In this document: positions 1 to 7,410 of the stretch, in pieces
How the letters are laid out: each line of letters opens with the position of its first letter
Position numbering within the stretch: position 1 is the first letter of the stretch
Assembly: GCA_041583785.1 (NCBI GenBank)
Contig: JBFHFE010000006.1
Span: 44,409-108,408 of the forward strand
Source of the DNA: Draconibacterium sp.
Lineage (GTDB): Bacteria; Bacteroidota; Bacteroidia; Bacteroidales; Prolixibacteraceae
Length of the DNA: 64,000 nucleotides
Direction: 5' to 3'
Made by a program: the position numbers and the translations under genes
Notes under the pieces: generated by a model
What the model was told of the DNA's origin: nothing
What the model saw: only the letters and a program-made list of their open reading frames with translations
Database searches by the model: none

Positions 1-562
1 TGAAAACCACATTTTTTAACTGTTGAATTATCGTCCTTAACCAGGCTTCCGTATTCTTCTCCGGAAAGTTTAGAATTTGCTGAAACTCATCAATGGCGAA
101 TAAAACAGGTTTATCTTGTTTTTCAAGGAATGCAAACAACGATTCTATTTGCTGTCTGCTTTCAGTATCTTGAATTGAAAAAGTTACATTTGGCTCGCCT
201 GAAAGTGAATCGTAAGAAATTACGGGGCGTAAAGATTTTATAAAATTCCAGATTTTAATCCCAAGTGAGGTTCTTTCTGGTACTGTATTTACTATAGAAG
301 TAGCCAGACAATTCAAAAAATCAACACTATTCTCTGCCGATAAGATATCGGAATAAATGCATATCAACTCATCTTTTAGTTGGTATTGTATGTGTTTAAT
401 AAGCCCAGTTTTCCCAATTCTTCTAATGGCTACCAGCGTTGTTGACAAGCCGCCTTTAATGTTTGAAACCAAGCTTGCAACTTCCTTTTCTCTATCACAA
501 AAATATTGAGGCCCAAAATATCCCGTTGTTGGGAAAGGAGTTGCTGGGTGAATTGTTTTCAT
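1..562 (-). CDS. AAA+ ATPase (archaeal-ATPase/DUF234-type ATP-binding protein), N-terminal part; the C-terminus lies left of the window
   Basis: Absent from the ORF track because there is no stop in the window. Hand translation from the ATG (complement of 560-562) gives MKTIHPATPFPTTGYFGPQYFCDREKEVASLV...AIRRIGKTGLIKH (Walker A)...PVLFAIDEFQQI (Walker B-like). The N-terminus parallels the decayed copy at 32430-32660 (YFCDREAETQRL). Confidence 0.75.
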   Translation of the reverse strand, partial: MKTIHPATPFPTTGYFGPQYFCDREKEVASLVSNIKGGLSTTLVAIRRIGKTGLIKHIQYQLKDELICIYSDILSAENSVDFLNCLATSIVNTVPERTSLGIKIWNFIKSLRPVISYDSLSGEPNVTFSIQDTESRQQIESLFAFLEKQDKPVLFAIDEFQQILNFPEKNTEAWLRTIIQQLKNVVF

Positions 563-579
563 ACTTTTTATTTTTCGCA

Positions 580-607
580 AAATGCAATTTACAAAATGCG
601 ATTTACA
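580..607. repeat. Tandem 14-bp direct repeat (aaatgcRatttaca x2) in the ATPase upstream region
   Basis: aaatgcaatttaca (580-593) is followed directly by aaatgcgatttaca (594-607). In gene orientation each unit carries a GCATTTTG -7-like box. Confidence 0.6.
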
Positions 608-727
608 AAAAGGCAAAAATGGCGAAATATTTCAAGTATTCTCACTTACAAAAAACCATCCCTTAATTGAGATGGTTTTTCCATTGAGAGAATTAACTCC
701 ATATTATGTTTCTGGTGTTTCTACATA

Positions 728-757
728 CAAAAACCGCCCCTGCTTTCAGAGGCGGAT
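728..757 (-). terminator. Rho-independent terminator after the 789-1145 gene
   Basis: Stem ccgcc(734-738)/ggcgg(751-755). On the minus strand the hairpin is followed by a T-run (A-run 728-733 on plus). Confidence 0.6.
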
Positions 758-788
758 TCACTCTTAAGTATCTACAAAATTCCAGTCA

Positions 789-1145
789 TTACATAGAAGA
801 TTGTAGTTTTATCATAATATCATCTTCATTCGCTTTCACATTCAGCACTTTCGTTCCTTTCTCGTACGAAATGTAAGTAGTAACCATTTTGTATGCGCCC
901 GGTTTTACATTAGAAAATGAGAAGTTCCCGTCGAAATCGGTGTAAGTTTTGAGGTCAGTTCCTTCAATTTTAACTTCAACACCCACCAACGATTCTCCTG
1001 AAACCTGGTCGGCAACTGTTCCCGAAACAACCATTGTTGCCTCACTTTCAGTATCCGTTGTAGTTCCCGATTTTGTATCCGTTTCTTTAGCATTTACAAG
1101 TACTACTGAAAGGATAAACATTGTAGCGATTAAAATCTTTTTCAT
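789..1145 (-). CDS. Small secreted CarboxypepD_reg-like domain protein
   Basis: 118 aa with signal peptide MKKILIATMFILSVVLVNA. The segment VSGTVADQVSGESLVGVEVKIEGT..DFDGNFSFSNVKPGAYKM is a typical carboxypeptidase-regulatory-like fold signature. Confidence 0.7.
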   Translation of the reverse strand: MKKILIATMFILSVVLVNAKETDTKSGTTTDTESEATMVVSGTVADQVSGESLVGVEVKIEGTDLKTYTDFDGNFSFSNVKPGAYKMVTTYISYEKGTKVLNVKANEDDIMIKLQSSM

Positions 1146-1179
1146 ATCTATAATCTTTTGTTGTTTCTAACTTATACCG

Positions 1180-1226
1180 CAAAAATAAGCGATGTTAATT
1201 ACGGCTGAGTTACAGAATTATTACAG
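1180..1226 (-). promoter_or_regulatory. Predicted promoter: -7 box TATTTTTG plus three Pho-box-like heptamers at 11-bp phasing
   Basis: In gene orientation: CTGTAAT aatt CTGTAAC tcag CCGTAAT taacatcgct TATTTTTG. Heptamers lie at 1220-1226, 1209-1215 and 1198-1204, followed by a 10-nt gap and the -7 box at 1180-1187. Confidence 0.55.
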
Positions 1227-1241
1227 TTTAATTAAAAGAGA

Positions 1242-1700
1242 TTAATACTGTCTTTCACTTATTAGCTTGCCGTTTTCGTCGTATTTTTTCCATACTCCGG
1301 TTTTTTGCCCCTTTTTATAAGCCAGCTCGTAAAGTAAATTTCCGTAATCATTCCAGATTATCCACTTCCCGTTTTTCAGGCCACTTTTATAGCGAGCAAT
1401 CGAAATTTTTATTCCATATTCGTTGTACATCAACCACTTGCCATGCATCTGGTTGCTTTTGTACGAACGTATTTCGTTAACCCGTCCGTTAGCAAAGTAA
1501 ATAACGGCTTTCCCATGTTTCTTGCCATTTTTAATTTTCACTTCGCTTTTTATTGTTTTGTTTTCAAAAAGGCTCACATAAGTACCTGTGTATTTTTTAC
1601 CATTTTCGTAAAAAACACCATCAATTTCTTTAATATCCTGAGCTTTCGTTGCAGTGATTACCAAAGCTAAAAATCCGAATAAAACCAATAATTTTTTCAT
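1242..1700 (-). CDS. MORN-repeat-variant protein (YwqK-like), secreted
   Basis: Repeated G(K/R)xxGxxxxYxxNG motifs (NGKKHGKAVIYFANGR, QMHGKWLMYNEYG, LKNGKWIIWNDYG, QKTGVWKKYDENGK). Start chosen at MKKLLVLFGFLALVITATKAQ (signal peptide), not at the upstream ATG of the track ORF. Confidence 0.65.
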   Translation of the reverse strand: MKKLLVLFGFLALVITATKAQDIKEIDGVFYENGKKYTGTYVSLFENKTIKSEVKIKNGKKHGKAVIYFANGRVNEIRSYKSNQMHGKWLMYNEYGIKISIARYKSGLKNGKWIIWNDYGNLLYELAYKKGQKTGVWKKYDENGKLISERQY

Positions 1701-1821
1701 GTAAAAAAGATTAGAATCAAAAACACAAGAACCAAGACACCAGAAAAAATCCAAGGATAAATTCCGGACTAAAATTCATGTTCATATGCATTCTATATTG
1801 TTATTAAATTTAACTCAGAGG

Positions 1822-1850
1822 AAAGCCCCGGAATTGAATCCGGAGCTTTT
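1822..1850. terminator. Terminator-like hairpin downstream of the lipoprotein gene
   Basis: aaagccccgga-attgaa-tccggagcttt. The flanking T/A runs make it potentially bidirectional. Confidence 0.45.
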
Positions 1851-2002
1851 AAAACTGGTTTTAATACCAGCTTTAATAAACACTGCATTAAAAATTTATT
1901 TTGAAATTAATCCTTTGTACTAAACTCAAAACAGACTCTGCTAGATGCATAAAATATCCTCTTTGTTTCTTTTTCGTTCTGATGGACTGTTTATTTTAAT
2001 TT

Positions 2003-3982
2003 TTAAAATGTAGTGTCAATCCAAGTCCAGGTTGAAATGTCAATAGCATCAGCATCTTTACCTGAGTTTAAGGTATATTTTGAAGTTTCGCCTGAAATTA
2101 ATGTTGCATCAGCACTTGCTCCTGCTATATTTACATTCGACAAAGCTCCACCATCCTTCATATCCAGGTCTACATCGTAACCAGAAAGATTTAAACCGGT
2201 AATTGTAGCTCCCGACTCGGCTTTAAACTGAAGAGCTGTACCGCCTGTTGAAGAAACACAAGTAACATTTGTAAATTGTGGGTTATTGTTGGCTTTGTCG
2301 CCTTCAAATGCAGTTGAAAAATCTTCAATACTGTGAACGATGTAAGTATTAACAATGCCACCGCTCCAGCCTTCTGTCCAGTCTACAGCATCATCTTCGT
2401 TATTTTCAAGATAAATATTGGTAACACTTGCCGCTCCACCAAAAAACTCAACACCATCGTCGGAGCCATTAATTACGGCAATATTCTCAAGAGTAGTTCC
2501 CGAACCAACAGCATATAACGACACCCCGTTGTACTGCGATTCTTCGTTAATTTGAGCTCCTGTTCCTTTAATTACCAGGTAAGAGATTGAACCAGAATTG
2601 TCAGCGTCATCCGATCCTCCGTAGATAAATCCACCAACTTCGGCTTCCGAATTCTCGCCGGCACTAGTTGTTGCTTTACCACAAATGGTTAAACCACCCC
2701 AATCGCCTGCAGTGCTTAGGTCCGAAGCAATTACAACGGGCTCATCAGCAGTTCCGTTAATATAAATTTTACCTCCCATTAATACGGCAATATAAACATC
2801 AGTACCACCTGCATCGGCATGGATTTTTGTACCGGCCGGGATGGTTAAAGAAGCACCATCCTGAACAATGTACGAAGAGGTTAAACGGTACGAGTTTGAG
2901 GCATCTAAAGTAACATCCGTAGTTACACTTCCACTCAACGAAATAACTTCTACCAGTTCAACATCAATCCATGTCCAGTCGCTGGGGTCAACTGTGGCCG
3001 ATTTATTGTAACTATCAGTTGGGTCGGCAGATTCACCTTCAATAATAACATTATCGAGCGAACCATCATCTTTCATATCGATACTGGTAGTATAGCCTGT
3101 TAACGAAAGCCCTGTAATGGTTGCACCCGATTCAGCTTTAAATTGCAAAGCAGTACCACCGGTAGTAGAAACTGCAGTTAAGTTATAAATTTGAGGATTG
3201 TTGTTTACTTTATCGCCTTCAACAACTGTTGAAAAGTCTTCGATAGTATGCTCAACGTAAGCATTGGTAATTGTTCCGCTCCAACCCTCAGTCCAGTCAA
3301 TTGCATCGTCTTCGTTATTTTGCAGAAAAACATTAGTTGCAGAAACTGTTCCACCAAAGAACTCAACTCCATCATCAGAACCGTTGATAACCGCAATGTT
3401 TTCAACAGTAGTACCCGAACCAACTGCATAAAATGAAATACCGTTATACTGCGATTCTTCATTAATTTGCGCACCTGTTCCTTTAATAACCAGGTAAGTA
3501 ACAGACCCCGAACTGTCGGTATCATCGCTTCCTCCATAAATAAATCCACCCACTTCGGCTTCGGCATCAGTACCGGCTGTGGTGGTAGCCTTACCACAAA
3601 TAGTTAATCCGCCCCAATCGCCAGGCTCTGCAGCATTAGAAGACATAATAACCGGGCTGCTCGCTGTTCCATTAATATTAATTGTTCCACCCATTAGCAC
3701 GGCAATGTAAACATCAGTACCACCATCGTCTGCAATAATGTTCGTACCGGCCGGAATGGTTAAGGTAATGCCATCAGGAACAATAAAAGAACCTGTAAGC
3801 TGATAACTAATTGACGCATCGAGAGTATAACTCTCGGTAAGGGTTCCGTTCAAGATCCCATCTTCTATGTTTTCAATAACTTCTTCTTGCTCAATAACAA
3901 CAGGATCATCATCCTCGCAACTAGTAAAAACTGTTATTGCCAATAAAGCAAGACCTAAAACTTTTAAAAATGCTCGTTTCAT
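2003..3982 (-). CDS. Lipoprotein of unknown function with an internal tandem duplication (2 x ~300 aa, probably beta-helix-like)
   Basis: Lipobox MKRAFLKVLGLALLAITVFTSC. Two long homologous halves share the motifs GGTDVYIAVLMGG, GDWGGLTICGKATT, GGFIYGGSDD, INGSDDGVEFFGG, NEDDA(I/V)DWTEGWSG and TGGTALQFKAESGATITGL. It lies 35 nt downstream of the TBDR gene, so it is likely in the same operon. Confidence 0.8.
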   Translation of the reverse strand: MKRAFLKVLGLALLAITVFTSCEDDDPVVIEQEEVIENIEDGILNGTLTESYTLDASISYQLTGSFIVPDGITLTIPAGTNIIADDGGTDVYIAVLMGGTININGTASSPVIMSSNAAEPGDWGGLTICGKATTTAGTDAEAEVGGFIYGGSDDTDSSGSVTYLVIKGTGAQINEESQYNGISFYAVGSGTTVENIAVINGSDDGVEFFGGTVSATNVFLQNNEDDAIDWTEGWSGTITNAYVEHTIEDFSTVVEGDKVNNNPQIYNLTAVSTTGGTALQFKAESGATITGLSLTGYTTSIDMKDDGSLDNVIIEGESADPTDSYNKSATVDPSDWTWIDVELVEVISLSGSVTTDVTLDASNSYRLTSSYIVQDGASLTIPAGTKIHADAGGTDVYIAVLMGGKIYINGTADEPVVIASDLSTAGDWGGLTICGKATTSAGENSEAEVGGFIYGGSDDADNSGSISYLVIKGTGAQINEESQYNGVSLYAVGSGTTLENIAVINGSDDGVEFFGGAASVTNIYLENNEDDAVDWTEGWSGGIVNTYIVHSIEDFSTAFEGDKANNNPQFTNVTCVSSTGGTALQFKAESGATITGLNLSGYDVDLDMKDGGALSNVNIAGASADATLISGETSKYTLNSGKDADAIDISTWTWIDTTF

Positions 3983-4017
3983 TTTTGTAGATTTTTAAAT
4001 AATAAGTTGTGATATTT

Positions 4018-6756
4018 CTAATTCAGACTAATTTTTAAACTTAATTTCAGGCGAATACCTTTCTTATAAGAGTTAACTACCTCGGTTGTAGCTTCACCTG
4101 ACAAAGGCTCAATTACCTGCGTTTGTTTTATTTCCGGGTTCAATAGGTTTTTCCCGGAAAATTTGACAGAAACACGTTCCGAAAGTTTTTTGCTCACAAT
4201 AAGGTCGAGCGTTGTAAAACCTTTTTCAATTATTTCGTTGTTGAATAGCGTAGCACTATTGTCGTAGTCCTCCGGAGCACCCAGGGCATAAATCTTATCC
4301 GAAGAGTAGTTCCCGATAATGCTGGCTACAAACGCTTTTTCTTTATTATCCGAGAAAGTAAGCGCTGCGTTAGCTATAAAGCCCGCCGCACCTTGCAATT
4401 CGGTTTCCGTTTTACTATTGTATTGGAATTCATCCAGCAAATCCTGGTTAAACCACATTTTGGTAGCGTTTACAACCATATCTAAACCTGGCATACCATC
4501 GTGCGTGGCTTTTATTAATCCCAGGCGGGTTTCAAACTCAACTCCGTAAACATCGGCTCTGTTGCCCGTATTTTCGTATATAAAGTAGCCCGACGAGCCA
4601 CGTGTTTGTGCCAGGTTAATGGGATCGTTAATCATTTTATAAAAACCAGTTAACGAAACTAATTCGTTGCGGGCCGGGAACATTTCCCATTTTAAATCGA
4701 AGTTGTAGTTTTCAGAATTTACCAGGTCGGGGTTACCTTTAATAACACGGCCAGTTTGCGAAACATACTCAAAGGGAGCCAACTCTTTAAACTCGGGCAA
4801 GGTTACAGTTTTACTTGCTGCCAACCGAACAGAATTCTTTTCATTCAGTTGGTATTTCAGGTTCAATGCCGGTAATATCTTTGAATAATCGTTGGAGAGA
4901 CTTCCGGTGCGACCAACATAATTAGCTACGTCCCAGTTCGATTCAATATTATCTTTTTCGAAACGCAAGCCAACACTTCCCGAAAAGTTATTACGCTCGA
5001 ACAAAGCATTGGCATAACCGGCAAAAACAACCAGAGAAGCATCGTACAAGTCCTCTGTTTTTTCACGAATATCCAAAGTTCCATCGTTATAAAGCGTAGC
5101 ATCGAGCAAGGCCTCATCTAAATTATCAATCGATTCAACCTGCACACCTTTGGCCTTTACGCCAACAGCAAGAGAAGAAAATTCGCGTTGTTTTTTACGA
5201 AAATTTGCTCCAACATTAACTTTCAGCTTTTTATTTTTTTCATCAATTACTTTAAATTCATCTTTCAGGTAGCCGTTAATTTCGTTGTCACCAATACTCT
5301 GCGACGACTTACGTTGCTGGTAATCGCCAACGTGTGCAAACTGTACCGCATTCTCATCTAAAATATTTACTTCATTTCGTATACGGTTGGGTTCATCGGC
5401 GCTCACCCAGTTGTAAGCAATGGCCCAGTTAAGCTGGTTTTTCTCGTTAATTTTGTGCGAGCCCAGCATTTGGTTTATATATATTTTGGTTTCTTTTAAA
5501 TTTTGGTCGCGCACAAAAGCTCCTTCTTCCTGAGGATCCTGGTCGCGCACATAACCTTCGCCATTTCTTCCTTGCTCGTACAGCTGGTCAATAGTTTTAT
5601 AGATAACCATACTGTTAAAATTCAGGCTATGCCCTTTCTCAATATCATAAACCAGATTTAACAAGCCGGTGGTATTTATTTCAGTCGAATAGGTTTCAGC
5701 ATCAGTAAAATAACTGCTTAAACTATTCATTCGGTACTTTTGATAAACGCCTGTATGATAATCGTAATCGCGTGCGTGCGAAAGTGTAGCAAAAACCGAA
5801 AAATCCCTGTCGAGCAGCTTGAACTTCTTGCCTCCTAAAAAGGATAAGCCCTTATCAACTGGCAGGCTTTGTTCTTCGGTATTCCAACTTTGTAATTCAA
5901 TGGCATTTATAGTAGCATACGGTTGCTTATAAAAGCCAAAGCTTACATCATTAATATTTTGACTTGCTTTAAAATTGCCAAAAATACCCGTGCTTAAAAC
6001 ATTTGTTGAAGAACCAACAGAAGCTTCAAATTCTATCTTTTCAGAATACGTTTTCGAACCAATATTAACTGCTCCCGAAGACTGGTCTCCATAAGTTTCA
6101 ACCGCAAAAGTTTTGTTAATTCCCACATTACCAATTATGTCGGAGGCAAACAGATTTAAATCGATATTCTTCTTCTCCACATCATCCGAAGGAATGGGCA
6201 AACCATTCATTGTAGTGCTTAAGTACCTATCGCCAAGGCCTCGGATATATACATCGCCTGAACCTTCGTTTTTTGTAACCCCCGATATTTTTGAAGTGGC
6301 CGCAGCAGCATCAGAAACGCCCAGGCTTGACATACGTTTCGACCCAATACTCTCTTTAATTCCCGAAGCATTTTTCTGGTCGATTAACAACATGGCTTCC
6401 GATTCGCGCCTGGCCTTAGCCACAACCTGGACTCCTTCAATTTCGAGCGTTGCAGGAGCAAGCCTTACAAGTAATTCTGTTTCCAGGCCAGCCTTTACTT
6501 CAATCTGAGACTCTTGCGTATCGTACGAAATAAATGAAACCAACAGCGTGTAGTTTCCTGGTTGTACCTTTGAGATGACATAGTTTCCATCAAAATCGGT
6601 AATTGTTCCTTGAGTAGTTCCTTTAATTAATACGGTAGTCCCGATAAGCGACTCGTTTGTTTTTGCATCGGTTACAGTTCCTTTTATTGTCCCTGTTTGT
6701 GCTGTAACCATCATTACCTGGATTAGCAAAAAAATGCTAATAAATAACTGTTTCAT
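4018..6756 (-). CDS. TonB-dependent receptor with an N-terminal CarboxypepD_reg domain
   Basis: 912 aa with a signal peptide. Contains a CarboxypepD_reg motif (GTVTDAKTNESLIGTTVLIKGT..DFDGNY) and a plug motif (DVYIRGLGDRYLSTTMNGLPIPS), followed by a long beta-barrel region. Confidence 0.85.
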   Translation of the reverse strand: MKQLFISIFLLIQVMMVTAQTGTIKGTVTDAKTNESLIGTTVLIKGTTQGTITDFDGNYVISKVQPGNYTLLVSFISYDTQESQIEVKAGLETELLVRLAPATLEIEGVQVVAKARRESEAMLLIDQKNASGIKESIGSKRMSSLGVSDAAAATSKISGVTKNEGSGDVYIRGLGDRYLSTTMNGLPIPSDDVEKKNIDLNLFASDIIGNVGINKTFAVETYGDQSSGAVNIGSKTYSEKIEFEASVGSSTNVLSTGIFGNFKASQNINDVSFGFYKQPYATINAIELQSWNTEEQSLPVDKGLSFLGGKKFKLLDRDFSVFATLSHARDYDYHTGVYQKYRMNSLSSYFTDAETYSTEINTTGLLNLVYDIEKGHSLNFNSMVIYKTIDQLYEQGRNGEGYVRDQDPQEEGAFVRDQNLKETKIYINQMLGSHKINEKNQLNWAIAYNWVSADEPNRIRNEVNILDENAVQFAHVGDYQQRKSSQSIGDNEINGYLKDEFKVIDEKNKKLKVNVGANFRKKQREFSSLAVGVKAKGVQVESIDNLDEALLDATLYNDGTLDIREKTEDLYDASLVVFAGYANALFERNNFSGSVGLRFEKDNIESNWDVANYVGRTGSLSNDYSKILPALNLKYQLNEKNSVRLAASKTVTLPEFKELAPFEYVSQTGRVIKGNPDLVNSENYNFDLKWEMFPARNELVSLTGFYKMINDPINLAQTRGSSGYFIYENTGNRADVYGVEFETRLGLIKATHDGMPGLDMVVNATKMWFNQDLLDEFQYNSKTETELQGAAGFIANAALTFSDNKEKAFVASIIGNYSSDKIYALGAPEDYDNSATLFNNEIIEKGFTTLDLIVSKKLSERVSVKFSGKNLLNPEIKQTQVIEPLSGEATTEVVNSYKKGIRLKLSLKISLN

Positions 6757-6784
6757 ATATCTTAAAAGTTGCAGTGTTTATCAA

Positions 6785-6947
6785 GAAGTTGTTTAAAGCT
6801 AAATTGAAAAACTGCGAGCAAAATCTTGATTCCATTGGCTTTAGCTAATTTTTCGTTCATAGCTTTGGCTATGCAAGAAAAATGGAGCTTCGCCACTGAA
6901 AATCAATATGTCACTCTCGAAATTCCCATTCAACATTAAACAACTTC
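6785..6947. repeat. Long imperfect hairpin element (~163 nt), diverged member of the R1 family, inside the predicted TBDR 5' UTR
   Basis: Terminal inverted repeats gaagttgtttaa (6785-6796) and ttaaacaacttc (6936-6947). Apex CATAGC-tttg-GCTATG. Its length and central GGCTTTA...TAGCTnTnGCTATGC core match the copies at 15999-16160 and 60990-61150. Confidence 0.6.
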
Positions 6948-6967
6948 AATCATTTGATTTACGATGA

Positions 6968-7025
6968 CAAAGCAAGCTCTTAAATATTACAGGTAAATTA
7001 CAGTGTGTTTAAACTTGTATTACAT
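6968..7025 (-). promoter_or_regulatory. Predicted promoter of the TBDR-lipoprotein operon: -7-like TTGCTTTG plus phased Pho-box-like heptamers
   Basis: In gene orientation: ATGTAAT(7025-7019) ..weak GTTTAAA.. CTGTAAT(7003-6997) ttac CTGTAAT(6992-6986), a 10-nt gap, then TTGCTTTG(6975-6968). The geometry is the same as at 1180-1226 and 15662-15708. Confidence 0.5.
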
Positions 7026-7356
7026 TGTTTTAATGGATTTGTAATGAAGTTGGGGTTGGGGTAATTGTTTTGTAATAATGGGAAGTAGAATATTGAATTA
7101 CCCTGTATTTGTTACAAAATATCAAGTCAGAATAAGGTTAATAAGGTTCTGTCGTACATTAACTAATTTGGCTACTAAGGTTGAAGAAAACAGATAAGGT
7201 TGATTTGATTTTCATAGCATTAACAACCTTTTGTACTTCAACATATTCCATTTGAATGAGTAACAACCTTAATAGCAAAGAAACAAGCATTACACCCCAA
7301 CCTTAGTAACTTAGACGATAAATAAGCAACAGAAATAAGGTTAAACGGAAGAATAC

Positions 7357-7387
7357 AAAAGCCCCTGACCAAAGGTCAAAGGCTTTT
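7357..7387 (-). terminator. Terminator after the histidine kinase gene
   Basis: aaaagcccctgacc-aaa-ggtcaaaggctttt hairpin, 24 nt past the stop codon. Confidence 0.6.
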
Positions 7388-7410
7388 ATCGAATTATTTT
7401 CAACTAAAAC

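Noticed and set aside
463-767. Two small plus-strand ORFs (463-666, 582-767) in the spacer after the ATPase start
   Set aside because: They run through promoter repeats and two terminator hairpins and have low-complexity, odd composition. The first overlaps the ATPase N-terminus in antisense.
3961-3985. 13-nt identity (atgaaacgagcat) between the lipoprotein start codon region and the 5' edge of the leader cassette
   Set aside because: It is too short to distinguish from chance, since the MKRA start is common in exported proteins, and the similarity does not extend further. It is recorded only as a possible hint to the origin of the cassette.
6113-6508. Plus-strand ORFs inside minus-strand genes (for example 6113-6508, 8206-8625, 8701-9000, 30697-31098, 38980-39402, 55446-55817 minus, 59228-59614 minus)
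   Set aside because: All overlap strongly supported genes on the opposite strand. They are treated as non-coding shadows.
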